Shown here piece by piece: positions 1-9,598 of a stretch of 24,000 nucleotides of DNA. Each line of letters begins with the position of its first letter. The stretch's first letter is position 1. Origin of the DNA: Hoeflea sp. IMCC20628 (GTDB lineage: Bacteria > Pseudomonadota > Alphaproteobacteria > Rhizobiales > Rhizobiaceae); assembly GCF_001011155.1 (NCBI RefSeq), contig NZ_CP011479.1, positions 4,079,662-4,103,661 on the forward strand, read 5' to 3'. The notes under the pieces were generated by a model that had not been told where the DNA came from, did no database searches, and saw only the letters and a program-made list of their open reading frames with translations. The position numbers were made by a program, and so were the translations under genes.

Positions 1-1334
1 TGCGCCTGTCGGTACCGACGGCTTTCCTGAAGTCATGGATCAACAACAAGTATCTCGACCAGATCACCGCGCTGTTTGGCGAAGAGGATGCAGACATCCT
101 CAAGGTCGAAATCGTTGTCAGGTCGGCAACGCGGGCCAGCCCCGGCGTGATCACCACAGCCAGCACATCGGATGCGGCAAACTCCGGTCATCCTCCGGCT
201 GTCTCCAAGCGCCGGGAACCACCGGTGATGGTCAAGGGCGCGGGTGCCCACTTCACTGCGTTTCCAAAGGGACACCAGGCGGCCAATTCGGTCATCGGTT
301 CGCCGCTTGACCCACGCTACACATTCGAGAGCTATGTCGAAGGAACCTCCAACCGGGTAGCGCTTGCGGCGGCAAAGACCATTGCCGAGGCAGGCACCGG
401 ATCGGTGCGGTTCAACCCGCTGTTCATTCACTCCAATGTCGGCTTGGGCAAAACCCACCTGCTGCAGGCCATCGCCGCAGCGGCGAGCCGCCATGCCCGC
501 AATCCGCGGGTGGTCTATCTGACGGCGGAATATTTCATGTGGCGCTTTGCCACCGCCATTCGCGACAACGACGCCCTGTCGTTCAAGGAATCGCTGCGCA
601 ATATCGACCTGCTGGTCATCGACGACATGCAGTTTTTGCAGGGCAAGTCGATCCAGCATGAATTCTGCCATTTGCTCAACATGCTGCTCGATTCGGCCCG
701 TCAGGTGGTGGTTGCCGCCGACCGTGCGCCCTGGGAGCTGGAATCGCTGGATCCGCGTGTCCGGTCACGGCTGCAGGGTGGCGTCGCCATTGAGATCGAA
801 GCGCCTGACTACGAGATGCGGCTGAACATGCTGCGGCAGCGACTGGCCGCGGCGCAGATCGAAGACGGCACGCTGGATATTGGCGAGGACATTCTGGCCC
901 ATGTGGCCCAGAACATCACCGCCAGCGGCCGTGAACTTGAAGGCGCGTTCAATCAGCTGCTGTTCCGCCGCAGTTTCGAGCCGAACCTGACGCTGGAGCG
1001 GGTCGACCAGTTGCTTGGTCATCTGGTCAATGCGGGCGAACCGAAACGAGTTCGCATCGAAGACATCCAACGAGTGGTTTCACGGCACTACAATGTGTCG
1101 CGGCAGGAACTGGTGTCGGACCGGCGCACCCGGGTCATCGTCAAGCCACGGCAGATTGCCATGTATCTGGCCAAGACCATGACGCCGCGCTCGTTTCCCG
1201 AGATCGGCCGCCGATTCGGCGGACGCGATCACACCACCGTGCTGCATGCGGTGCGCAAGATCGAGGGTCTGATCAACGGGGACACCAAACTTGGCCACGA
1301 GATCGAGCTGCTGAAGCGCTTGATCATCGAATAG
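1..1334 (+). CDS. dnaA: Chromosomal replication initiator DnaA (5'-partial; first full codon at nt 3; stop TAG 1332-1334)
   Basis: The frame is open from the window edge. Translation upstream of the listed ORF reads ...[32 protein letters not shown], a DnaA domain I. Walker [11 protein letters not shown], Walker [11 protein letters not shown], and the C-terminal DNA-binding signature [16 protein letters not shown] are present. Confidence 0.95.
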   Translation, partial: RLSVPTAFLKSWINNKYLDQITALFGEEDADILKVEIVVRSATRASPGVITTASTSDAANSGHPPAVSKRREPPVMVKGAGAHFTAFPKGHQAANSVIGSPLDPRYTFESYVEGTSNRVALAAAKTIAEAGTGSVRFNPLFIHSNVGLGKTHLLQAIAAAASRHARNPRVVYLTAEYFMWRFATAIRDNDALSFKESLRNIDLLVIDDMQFLQGKSIQHEFCHLLNMLLDSARQVVVAADRAPWELESLDPRVRSRLQGGVAIEIEAPDYEMRLNMLRQRLAAAQIEDGTLDIGEDILAHVAQNITASGRELEGAFNQLLFRRSFEPNLTLERVDQLLGHLVNAGEPKRVRIEDIQRVVSRHYNVSRQELVSDRRTRVIVKPRQIAMYLAKTMTPRSFPEIGRRFGGRDHTTVLHAVRKIEGLINGDTKLGHEIELLKRLIIE

Positions 1335-1364
1335 GCGGCAATCGTCACGCTTATCCCCAGAATC

Positions 1365-1401
1365 CCGGTCCGGCCCGAAAGGCCCGGGCCGGATTTTGTT
1401 T
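1365..1401 (+). terminator. Rho-independent terminator downstream of dnaA
   Basis: GC-rich hairpin CCGGTCCGGCC-cgaaa-GGCC(C)GGGCCGG at 1365-1392, followed by ATTTTGTTTG. Confidence 0.65.
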
Positions 1402-1553
1402 GCATGTCAGGGGCATAATCTGCCATTTTGCTGACCCGGGCCCGGCGCGGCATGCGCCATCTTGTGGGCCGGCCAAGGCAGAAGCCTGACAAGACAGAAT
1501 TGAAAGGTCCTTGCCTTCCCGGCGCGGGCCCCCAGCCAAGCGGTAGCCAGATC

Positions 1554-2672
1554 ATGCGTGTCACCCTCGAGCGTTCCAATCTTCTCAAGTCGCTGAACCA
1601 TGTGCATCGCGTGGTCGAGCGTCGCAACACCATCCCGATCCTGTCCAACGTGCTGCTCAAGGCCGAGGGCGCGACGCTTGACATGAAAGCGACCGATCTG
1701 GATCTGGAAATCACCGAGGCGACGCCGGCGATGGTCGAACAGGCTGGCGCCACAACGGTGCCGGCGCATCTGCTCTATGACATCGTGCGCAAGCTCTCGG
1801 ACGGCTCAGAAGTGTCGTTGTCGAGCAGTGAAGACGGCGCGTCGATGACGGTGGCTTCCGGGCGGTCGAAATTTTCGCTGCAGTGCCTGCCCCAGTCGGA
1901 CTTTCCGGACCTGACCGCCGGCGCCTTCAGCCACACCTTCCGGCTGCCCGCAACCCAGCTCAAGATGCTGATCGACCGGACCCAGTTTGCGATCTCGACT
2001 GAAGAGACTCGCTACTATCTCAACGGGATTTTCGTGCACACGATCGAGAGCGAGGGCGCGCTGAAACTGCGTGCAGTCGCCACCGACGGACACCGTCTGG
2101 CCCGCGCCGATGTCGACGCGCCATCCGGCTCTGAGGGGATGCCCGGCATCATCATTCCGCGCAAGACCGTCGGCGAATTGCAAAAGCTTGTCGACAATCC
2201 GGACGTCACCGTGACGGTGGAAGTCTCGGACGCCAAGATCCGTTTCTCCATCGGCTCGATTGTGCTGACCTCGAAGCTGATCGACGGTACCTTTCCGGAT
2301 TACCAGCGGGTGATCCCGACCGGCAACGACAAGGAACTGACCGTCGACTGCCAATCCTTCGCACAGGCCGTGGACCGGGTGTCGACGATCTCGTCGGAAC
2401 GCGGCCGCGCAGTCAAGCTGGCCATTGCCGACGGACAGCTGACGCTAACGGTCAACAACCCTGATTCAGGCAGTGCCACCGAAGAACTGGCCGTGGGCTA
2501 TGACCGCGATCCGCTGGAAATCGGTTTCAACGCCAAATATCTGCTCGACATCACCAACCAGCTCTCGGGCAGCAATGCAGTGTTCATGCTGGCCGATCCC
2601 GGCTCGCCGACACTGGTGCGTGACACAGCCGGCGATGACGCGCTCTATGTGCTGATGCCGATGCGGGTCTAG
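1554..2672 (+). CDS. dnaN: DNA polymerase III beta sliding clamp
   Basis: ORF 1428..2672. The internal ATG at 1554 gives MRVTLERSNLLKSLNHVHRVVERRNTIPILSNVLL, the canonical clamp N-terminus, and a typical 372-aa length. The upstream in-frame extension is Arg/Pro-rich and unlike any clamp. Confidence 0.95.
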   Translation: MRVTLERSNLLKSLNHVHRVVERRNTIPILSNVLLKAEGATLDMKATDLDLEITEATPAMVEQAGATTVPAHLLYDIVRKLSDGSEVSLSSSEDGASMTVASGRSKFSLQCLPQSDFPDLTAGAFSHTFRLPATQLKMLIDRTQFAISTEETRYYLNGIFVHTIESEGALKLRAVATDGHRLARADVDAPSGSEGMPGIIIPRKTVGELQKLVDNPDVTVTVEVSDAKIRFSIGSIVLTSKLIDGTFPDYQRVIPTGNDKELTVDCQSFAQAVDRVSTISSERGRAVKLAIADGQLTLTVNNPDSGSATEELAVGYDRDPLEIGFNAKYLLDITNQLSGSNAVFMLADPGSPTLVRDTAGDDALYVLMPMRV

Positions 2673-2735
2673 AGGCTTTTGCCCTCCTGCACCGGGACTG
2701 GCTGCCGGTCGCAACGCGGCTGAGCGGAGACAGGC

Positions 2736-3878
2736 ATGGTGCATATCCAACGACTGAAGCTTGCCGGGTTTCGCAATTATGCAAGCCTGTCGCTTGAACT
2801 CGACCAGCGCCACGTGGTGCTGGCGGGAGACAATGGCGCAGGCAAGACCAATCTGATGGAAGCGCTGTCGCTGCTCACCCCCGGCCGCGGCATGCGGCGG
2901 AGTTCCTATGGCGACATGATCAAGGCCGGGTCCAGCCCGCAGGCCGGCTTCAGCGTCTTTGCCAGTCTTGAAGGCATGGCCGGTCCTGTCGATATCGGCA
3001 CCGGCGTCGAAGGCGGTGAGGACGGCGGCGGCCGCCGGGTGCGGATCAATGGGGCGCCTGCCCGCTCGACCGATGAACTTCTCGAACATCTCAGACTGTT
3101 GTGGCTGACACCGGCGATGGACGGGTTGTTTACCGGACCGGCGGGCGACCGGCGGCGGTTTCTCGACCGGCTGGTGCTGTCGGTGGACCCGGCGCATGGC
3201 GGACGAGCGCTGAATTACGAGCGCGCCATGCGCAGCCGCAACCGGCTGCTGTCGGAAGGACGGCCCGACCCGGCCTGGCTCGACGGGCTGGAGGGGCAGA
3301 TGGTGGAACTCGGCGTAGCCATGGCGATGGCCCGTAACGAAGTGGTGAGCTTGCTGTCGGGCCTGATCGAATCACAGACCGCGCAAAGCGCCTTTCCGGC
3401 GGCGACGCTGCGGCTTGAAGGATTTCTGGAAGATGCGGCGCATCCGTCAGCCAGCGACATGGAAGCAGATTTTGCCGGCATGCTGAAAACCGGACGCGGC
3501 CGGGACTCGGCTGCCGGACGCACATTGTCGGGACCGCACCGCTCCGACCTGATCGTGCATCACCGTGCCAAGGCCATGCCTGCGGCGCTTTCCTCGACTG
3601 GCGAACAGAAAGCATTGCTGATCGGCATAGTACTCGGCCACGCGCAACTGGTGCGCGGCATGACCGGGCATGCGCCGGTGCTGCTGCTTGACGAGATCGC
3701 CGCCCATCTTGACGAAGGACGCCGGGCGGCGTTGTTTGACCTGATCGAAGCGCTCGAGTGTCAGGCGTTCATGACCGGAACCGACGCGCAGATGTTTGCA
3801 AGCCTTGGCGCGCGCGGGCAGATCCTGACGGTGACTGACGGCAAGGTGACGCCGCACCAGGATGCCACCGGCGCCTGA
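2736..3878 (+). CDS. recF: DNA replication/repair protein RecF
   Basis: N-terminus LKLAGFRNY...VVLAGDNGAGKTNLMEALSLL (Walker A). SMC-like signature SSTGEQKALLIG and Walker B VLLLDEIAAHLD. GGAGA Shine-Dalgarno lies 5 nt upstream. The position after dnaN fits. Confidence 0.95.
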   Translation: MVHIQRLKLAGFRNYASLSLELDQRHVVLAGDNGAGKTNLMEALSLLTPGRGMRRSSYGDMIKAGSSPQAGFSVFASLEGMAGPVDIGTGVEGGEDGGGRRVRINGAPARSTDELLEHLRLLWLTPAMDGLFTGPAGDRRRFLDRLVLSVDPAHGGRALNYERAMRSRNRLLSEGRPDPAWLDGLEGQMVELGVAMAMARNEVVSLLSGLIESQTAQSAFPAATLRLEGFLEDAAHPSASDMEADFAGMLKTGRGRDSAAGRTLSGPHRSDLIVHHRAKAMPAALSSTGEQKALLIGIVLGHAQLVRGMTGHAPVLLLDEIAAHLDEGRRAALFDLIEALECQAFMTGTDAQMFASLGARGQILTVTDGKVTPHQDATGA

Positions 3879-3923
3879 GCCGAACCAACAAGCTAGCGCC
3901 CCCCGCGCCTCTGGAGACTGGCC

Positions 3924-4682
3924 ATGGATGATCCGCATCTCAACCCCGACGAAGTAGCGCGCTATGCAAGGCATATCGTGCTCAAGGAAATCGGCGGCGC
4001 CGGGCAGCAGAAACTGAAGGCTGCGCGCGTGCTGGTGCTCGGCGCCGGCGGCCTCGGTTCACCGGTGTTGAGCTATCTGGCTGCCGCAGGCGTCGGGCTG
4101 CTCGGCATTATCGATGACGACATCGTGTCGCTGTCCAATCTGCAACGGCAGATCCTGCACGACACCGCCCATGTCGGCATGGCCAAGACAGAAAGTGCGG
4201 CCCGTGCGCTGAAACGGCTCAACCCGCACAGCCGCGTGGTGACGCATGAATTGCGGCTGACTGCCGACAACGCCGTCGATATCCTGACCAGCTATGACAT
4301 GGTGGTGGATGGATCGGACACGATCGAAACCCGTTATCTGCTGGCCGATACCTGCGAAACGCTGAAGATCCCGCTGGTGACGGCGGCCGTGGGGCGGTTT
4401 GACGGCTCGGTGACGGTGCTGACGCCCTATGAGCATGACGCCAAGGGGCAGCTCTATCCACGCTACCGGGATCTGTTTCCAGAGGCACCACCGCCCGGCA
4501 TGATGCCAAGCTGCGCCGAGGCCGGCGTCGTCGGCGCGCTGACCGGGGTGATCGGCACGCTGGAAGCAATGGAAGTTATCAAGCTGATCACCGGCGCGGG
4601 CGAACCTCTGATCGGACGGCTGTTGCTCTATGACGGGCTCAATGCCAGCTTCCAGACCGTGCGCTACAGCCGTAAGGGCTGA
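3924..4682 (+). CDS. moeB: HesA/MoeB/ThiF-family adenylyltransferase (probable molybdopterin-synthase adenylyltransferase)
   Basis: RYARHIVLKEIG start. Dinucleotide loop VLVLGAGGLGSP, DDDIVSLSNLQRQ, and catalytic-loop SCAEAGVVG. GGAGA Shine-Dalgarno upstream. MoeB versus ThiF specificity cannot be resolved from sequence alone. Confidence 0.8.
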   Translation: MDDPHLNPDEVARYARHIVLKEIGGAGQQKLKAARVLVLGAGGLGSPVLSYLAAAGVGLLGIIDDDIVSLSNLQRQILHDTAHVGMAKTESAARALKRLNPHSRVVTHELRLTADNAVDILTSYDMVVDGSDTIETRYLLADTCETLKIPLVTAAVGRFDGSVTVLTPYEHDAKGQLYPRYRDLFPEAPPPGMMPSCAEAGVVGALTGVIGTLEAMEVIKLITGAGEPLIGRLLLYDGLNASFQTVRYSRKG

Positions 4683-4708
4683 CGGCCCAATACCTTTTTT
4701 CCAAAGCC

Positions 4709-5713
4709 TCAGTTTCTGAGCGGCAGCACCCGGTCGGGCGGACGGTGGCCGTCGAAGAAGGTGCGGATGTTGATGATCACCTTGTCACCCATGTCGATGC
4801 GGCCTTCGATGGTGGCCGATCCCATGTGCGGCAGCAATACCACCTTGCCTTCGGAAGCGAGCTTGACCAGCCGCTTGTCCACCGCAGGTTCGTGCTCGAA
4901 CACATCAAGCCCGGCGCCAGACAGGCGGCCATCCTTGAGTGATTTGATCAGAGCGTCTTCGTCGATGATGCCGCCTCGGGCGGAGTTGACGATGTAAGCG
5001 CCGGGTTTCATCAGGTTGAGCCTGCGGGCCGAAAGCAGGTGGAAGGTTGCCGGCGTTGACGGGCAATGGACCGAAACAATATCGACCCGGGCCAGCATCT
5101 GGTCGAGGCTGTCCCAATAGGTCGCCTCAAGCTGATCCTCGGTGGCGGGATCGACGCGGCGGCGATTGTGGTAATGGATCGACAGACCGAATGCCTTGGC
5201 GCGTCGGGCGACCGCTGTGCCGATCCGGCCCATGCCGATGATGCCGAGTCGCTTGCCGCCGATGCGATGACCAAGCATCCAGGTCGGCGACCAGCCTTTC
5301 CAGGTGCCGCCGGCTCCGACGATGACATTGGCGCCCTCGGTCAGCCGCCGCGGTACGGCCAGCATCAGCGCCATGGTCATGTCGGCAGTATCTTCAGACA
5401 GGACATTGGGGGTGTTGGTGACGGTGATGCCCTTTTTCTGCGCTGCATCGATATCGATATTGTCGACGCCATTGCCGAAATTGGCGATCAGCTTCATCTG
5501 CGGTCCGGCCTGCTCGATCAGCGCCGCATCGATCTTGTCTGTCACGGTCGGCACCAGCACATCGGCCGAGCGCATGGCAGCGACCAGTTCGGGCTGGGTG
5601 CGGGCTTCGTCGGTGATGTTGAGCTCGGCGTCAAACAATTCGCGCATGCGGGTTTCGACCGCATCGGGCAAACGGCGGGTGATGTAGACCTTGGGTTTTT
5701 TTATAGAGGGCAT
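4709..5713 (-). CDS. D-isomer-specific 2-hydroxyacid dehydrogenase (glyoxylate/hydroxypyruvate reductase-like)
   Basis: NAD-binding GIIGMGRIGTAVARRA. ARGGIIDEDAL, LDVFEHEP, and HMGSAT containing the catalytic His. 334 aa. Confidence 0.9.
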   Translation of the reverse strand: MPSIKKPKVYITRRLPDAVETRMRELFDAELNITDEARTQPELVAAMRSADVLVPTVTDKIDAALIEQAGPQMKLIANFGNGVDNIDIDAAQKKGITVTNTPNVLSEDTADMTMALMLAVPRRLTEGANVIVGAGGTWKGWSPTWMLGHRIGGKRLGIIGMGRIGTAVARRAKAFGLSIHYHNRRRVDPATEDQLEATYWDSLDQMLARVDIVSVHCPSTPATFHLLSARRLNLMKPGAYIVNSARGGIIDEDALIKSLKDGRLSGAGLDVFEHEPAVDKRLVKLASEGKVVLLPHMGSATIEGRIDMGDKVIINIRTFFDGHRPPDRVLPLRN

Positions 5714-5981
5714 TTTTCAGGTCCGGGTGTTGAGAGCTCTTTAACCAAACTCGGCGATAGTGACAAATACGTTATGCTTTTTCTAACAGACCCACCGGCG
5801 ATGACAATCCAAAGCGCCGGGATTGATGTTTAAAAAGCACTGCAAGCCGGCGCGCCGGGTCCGGTCCGCGTCGCTTCGACGTGACGCGCCTTTCCGCAAG
5901 CCGCCCGTCCGACGGGCGCTACAGGGCCGGACATCACAGATCAGCGCCACATTGTTGGCGCCAACCCAAAAGGTGTAAGTC

Positions 5982-6536
5982 ATGCGTCGCCTTTCCTTAC
6001 TCACCGCAGTCTGCCTGGCCCTGGCGGGCCTGGTCACCAGCCCGATGCTGGATACCGCCGGCACTGCGGCTTATGCGCAGGGTGCTGCCAAGGGGCCTAG
6101 CGGACTGCCCTTGCCGCGGTTTGTCAGCCTCAAGGCCAAGCGGGTCAATTTGCGCGTCGGTCCCGGCCGCGATTACGCGGTATCGTGGCTCTACACCAAA
6201 TCGGGCGTGCCGATGGAAGTCATCCAGGAATATGACAACTGGCGCCGGGTACGCGACGCCGAGGGCACCGAGGGCTGGGTCTATCAGTCTCTGCTTTCAG
6301 GCGATCGCACGGCGATCACCGCGCCGTGGAAGAAGAGCGAAGACGAGGACAACTTCATCAATATGCACCGCGAAGCCCGCATCAACGCCAATATCGTGGC
6401 GCGGCTCGAGCCCGGCGTGATGGTCGAGATCAAAGCCTGCGACGGCGACTGGTGCGAAGCAAGCGCCGACGGAACCAGCGGATGGGTGCCACAAAGCGAA
6501 ATCTGGGGCGCCTATCCCGGCGAAGCCTTCAGGTAG
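5982..6536 (+). CDS. Secreted tandem bacterial-SH3 (SH3b/DUF1058-like) domain protein
   Basis: Signal peptide MRRLSLLTAVCLALAGLVTSPML. Two SH3b-like modules: RVNLRVGPGRDY...WRRVRDAEGTEGWVYQSLL and NIVARLEPGVMVEI..CDGDWCEASADGTSGWVPQSEIWG. AAGGTG Shine-Dalgarno upstream. Confidence 0.85.
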   Translation: MRRLSLLTAVCLALAGLVTSPMLDTAGTAAYAQGAAKGPSGLPLPRFVSLKAKRVNLRVGPGRDYAVSWLYTKSGVPMEVIQEYDNWRRVRDAEGTEGWVYQSLLSGDRTAITAPWKKSEDEDNFINMHREARINANIVARLEPGVMVEIKACDGDWCEASADGTSGWVPQSEIWGAYPGEAFR

Positions 6537-6567
6537 ATTATATGACAAGCGTTTGAACGTCGTCAGA

Positions 6568-7110
6568 TCAAGCCAGGTTGATCCGAAACGTCTGCGACTC
6601 AGGATCAAGGGTGTCGGGAGCCTCGACAAAGCCGGACTTGAGCAAAACCCGTGATGAAGCGGGATTGGCACGGTTAACACCAGCCAGGACTTGTCCGGAC
6701 CACCCGGCTTCGCCAAGCGCCTTGATCAAGCCCGTCACCAGTTCACTGGCATAGCCCTGCCCCCAGACGGGCTGGGCCAACAGATAGCCCAGTCGAAGCG
6801 TCGGCGTGGCGTCACACTCTGACGTATCCGCCAGTATCATCAGCCCGATGATCATGTCCGTGCTGACCTGACGCACCGCATACAGGATGCTTTCGGCCTG
6901 TCGCGCGGTCACCCAGCTTTCAACCGGGTCTGGACCATCCGGCATTTGCAACGGTCCCGGCAGATGTTGGAGCACCGCTGGCACCAGAATATCCGCAATG
7001 TCTCTTGCATAACCCGCCTGACCCGAATTCCCGGTCCTGATGGTCAGGGAATTGACCACCAGACGCCGTGTTCGGAATTGCAGGTTGTCAGCGGCTTTCG
7101 AGCTCAGCAT
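6568..7110 (-). CDS. GNAT-family N-acetyltransferase (RimJ/RimL-like)
   Basis: Motif A region GYLLAQPVWGQGYASELVTGLI and the C-terminal NPASSRVLLKSGF. The maximal ORF reaches a GTG at 7176 and would overlap the ilvD stop. The ATG at 7110 (MLSSKAADNLQFRTRRLVVNSL) is the more typical N-terminus. The start is uncertain. Confidence 0.8.
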   Translation of the reverse strand: MLSSKAADNLQFRTRRLVVNSLTIRTGNSGQAGYARDIADILVPAVLQHLPGPLQMPDGPDPVESWVTARQAESILYAVRQVSTDMIIGLMILADTSECDATPTLRLGYLLAQPVWGQGYASELVTGLIKALGEAGWSGQVLAGVNRANPASSRVLLKSGFVEAPDTLDPESQTFRINLA

Positions 7111-7144
7111 GAGCCGGTCAAACCATGACGCAGCGCCCGCATCC

Positions 7145-8977
7145 TCACAGGATGCGAACAGCGCCCTTTGATGCACTGCTGGTCATGGCCGCATAGGCTT
7201 TGAGCGCGGTCGAAACGGCGCGTTTGCGCGGCTTGGACGGCTTCCAGCCTTCCGCTTCGCGCTCGGCGCGACGTTCGGCAAGCGTGGCCTCGTCCACGGC
7301 CAGATGAATGCTGCGATTTGGAATATCTATTTCAATAAGATCGCCATCTTCTACCAGACCGATGGTTCCGCCTTCAGCCGCTTCCGGCGACACATGGCCG
7401 ATCGACAGCCCCGAAGACCCGCCGGAAAAGCGGCCATCGGTGACCAGCGCACAGGCTTTGCCAAGTCCCTTGGATTTGAGATAGCTGGTCGGATAGAGCA
7501 TTTCCTGCATGCCGGGGCCGCCGCGCGGTCCCTCATAGCGAATCAGCACAACCTGGCCAGGCTTGACCTTGCCGGTGAGGATGTCGGAGACCGCGTCATC
7601 CTGGCTTTCAAAGATCTTGGCAGGCCCTGAGAATTTCAGGATCGATTCGTCGACGCCTGCGGTTTTGACGATGCAGCCATCCTCGGCCAGATTGCCGAAC
7701 AGCACGGCCAGTCCACCGTCCTTGGAAAAGGCATGCTCAGCATTGCGGATCACGCCATTTTCCCGGTCGGTGTCAACGCTGGCATAGCGGCGGGACTGCG
7801 AAAAGGCGGTCTGGGTCGGCACGCCGCCCGGTGCTGCGCGGTAAAACTCATGCACCGCTTCGTCAGTCGACTGTACCACATCCCATTTTTTCAGCGCATC
7901 CTCGAGGGTCTTTTCATGAATGGTGCTGACGGATGTGTCGAGCAGGCCTGCCCGGTTCAACTCCCCGAGAATCGCCATGATGCCGCCGGCGCGGTGAATG
8001 TCTTCCATGTGCACATCGGCCTTGGCGGGTGCGACCTTGCACAGCACCGGAACGCCGCGCGACAGCCGGTCGATATCGGCCATGGTGAAATCCACTTCGC
8101 CTTCATGGGCGATGGCCAGCAGATGCAGCACCGTGTTGGTGGATCCGCCCATGGCGATGTCCAGCGTCATGGCATTCTCGAAGGCTGCAAATGAGGCTAT
8201 CGAGCGCGGCAGCACGCTGGCGTCATCGCCTGTATAGTATTGCTTGGCCAGACCGACGATCCTGCGTCCGGCTTCGCGAAACAGGTATTCCCGATCGGAG
8301 TGGGTGGCGAGCGTGGAGCCATTGCCCGGCAGTGCCAGACCCATCGCCTCGGCGAGGCAGTTCATCGAATTGGCGGTGAACATGCCCGAGCAGGAGCCGC
8401 AGGTGGGACAGGCCGAGCGTTCGATCGAGGCCACATCGGCATCGCTGATGCTGTCATCGGCGGCGGCGACCATGGCATCGACCAGATCCAGTGCCTTCTC
8501 GGTGCCGTCTTCGAGAATCACCTTGCCGGCTTCCATCGGGCCGCCGGAGACAAAGACCACCGGAATGTTGAGCCGCATGGCCGCCATCAGCATGCCCGGA
8601 GTGATCTTGTCACAATTGGAGATGCAGACCATCGCATCGGCGCAGTGGGCGTTGACCATGTATTCGACCGAATCGGCGATCAATTCGCGCGAGGGCAGCG
8701 AATACAACATGCCGTCATGGCCCATGGCGATGCCGTCATCGACCGCGATTGTGTTGAATTCCTTGGCAACGCCGCCGGCCTTTTCGATTTCACCGGCAAC
8801 CAGCTGTCCGAGATCCTTGAGGTGGACGTGACCGGGCACGAACTGGGTGAAGGAATTGACCACCGCGATGATCGGCTTGCCGAAATCGCCGTCCTTCATG
8901 CCCGTTGCGCGCCAGAGGCCACGGGCGCCTGCCATGTTGCGGCCATGGGTGGATGTTCTCGAACGAAAAGGCGGCAT
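7145..8977 (-). CDS. ilvD: Dihydroxy-acid dehydratase
   Basis: [62 protein letters not shown], and the Fe-S ligand region [17 protein letters not shown]. The ATG at 8977 is preceded by GAGGA at 7 nt. The ORF-track start at 9007 adds 10 non-conserved residues. Confidence 0.95.
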   Translation of the reverse strand: MPPFRSRTSTHGRNMAGARGLWRATGMKDGDFGKPIIAVVNSFTQFVPGHVHLKDLGQLVAGEIEKAGGVAKEFNTIAVDDGIAMGHDGMLYSLPSRELIADSVEYMVNAHCADAMVCISNCDKITPGMLMAAMRLNIPVVFVSGGPMEAGKVILEDGTEKALDLVDAMVAAADDSISDADVASIERSACPTCGSCSGMFTANSMNCLAEAMGLALPGNGSTLATHSDREYLFREAGRRIVGLAKQYYTGDDASVLPRSIASFAAFENAMTLDIAMGGSTNTVLHLLAIAHEGEVDFTMADIDRLSRGVPVLCKVAPAKADVHMEDIHRAGGIMAILGELNRAGLLDTSVSTIHEKTLEDALKKWDVVQSTDEAVHEFYRAAPGGVPTQTAFSQSRRYASVDTDRENGVIRNAEHAFSKDGGLAVLFGNLAEDGCIVKTAGVDESILKFSGPAKIFESQDDAVSDILTGKVKPGQVVLIRYEGPRGGPGMQEMLYPTSYLKSKGLGKACALVTDGRFSGGSSGLSIGHVSPEAAEGGTIGLVEDGDLIEIDIPNRSIHLAVDEATLAERRAEREAEGWKPSKPRKRAVSTALKAYAAMTSSASKGAVRIL

Positions 8978-9166
8978 TGAATTTTCCTCATAGTAATACC
9001 GGCTCAAGGGCGATCAGACGCGCTTGCCGGGGCATAACAGTCTCATAATGCTAGTAATCGGAAATCGTCAGCATTTCCAGAGCGATCAGACCAGAACACG
9101 CGCCGGCTCGATAAACGGCGCAATCCGGTGTCATGAAAAGGCGGCGCGGGGACTGATGGCGTGACG

Positions 9167-9598
9167 TCAGCGCTTGGGGCGGACGCGGATCACCACATCG
9201 ACATGGGTGATTTCCATACCGTCGGGGGCTTCGGGCAGGTCGGTGACCGATATATTGCCGACCGGAATGTCGAGCACCCGGTTACAGCCCTCGACCACGA
9301 AATGGTGGTGGTCGGAGACATTGGTGTCGAAATAGGTCTTGGCGGTTTCCAGCGACAGCACCCTGAGCAGACCAGCCTCGGTGAACTGATGCAGCGTGTT
9401 GTAGACTGTCGCCAGCGAACAGGAGCAGCCGATGCAGGACGCTTCTTCGTGCAGTTCCTCGGCTGTCAGGTGCCGGTCGCCCTTGGCGAACAGCAGATCG
9501 GCCAGAGCCACGCGTTGACGCGTCGGACGAAGCCCGGCGCCGCGCAGGCGTGCAGCCGCATCGCGGTCGGCGGATTTTGATCTCTGTTCAACAGGCAT
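9167..9598 (-). CDS. irr: Fur-family iron response regulator Irr
   Basis: RLRGAGLRPTRQRVALADLLFAKGDRHLTAEELHEEA...SLATVYNTLHQFTEAGLLRV and YFDTNVSDHHHF (the HHH haem motif of Irr). Divergent from fabA-fabB-fabI, as recalled for Rhizobiales. Confidence 0.9.
   Translation of the reverse strand: MPVEQRSKSADRDAAARLRGAGLRPTRQRVALADLLFAKGDRHLTAEELHEEASCIGCSCSLATVYNTLHQFTEAGLLRVLSLETAKTYFDTNVSDHHHFVVEGCNRVLDIPVGNISVTDLPEAPDGMEITHVDVVIRVRPKR

Noticed and set aside
1428-1553. Upstream in-frame extensions of dnaN (1428), ilvD (8978-9007), pnp (21984-22007) and the GNAT gene (7111-7176).
   Set aside because: In each case the conserved family N-terminus begins at the internal start. For ilvD and pnp, a good Shine-Dalgarno precedes the internal ATG. 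The extensions are non-conserved in character.
1335-1553. The possibility that the dnaA-dnaN spacer is oriC, as in Firmicutes and Actinobacteria.
   Set aside because: There is only one degenerate DnaA box, no cluster of boxes and no clear AT-rich unwinding element. From recalled knowledge, alphaproteobacterial origins usually lie near hemE/parAB rather than beside dnaA.
5834-5981. A string of short GC palindromes upstream of the SH3 gene. They are CCGGCGCGCCGG at 5847-5858, CGCGTC..GACGCG at 5867-5888, GCCCG-tccga-CGGGC at 5903-5917 and GCGCCA-cattgt-TGGCGC at 5944-5961. These could mark a riboswitch or sRNA.
   Set aside because: The stems are only 5-6 bp, which is expected by chance in ~65% GC intergenic DNA. 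There is no resemblance to any riboswitch class I can recall and no terminator/antiterminator logic. Checking is worthwhile only if conservation is found.
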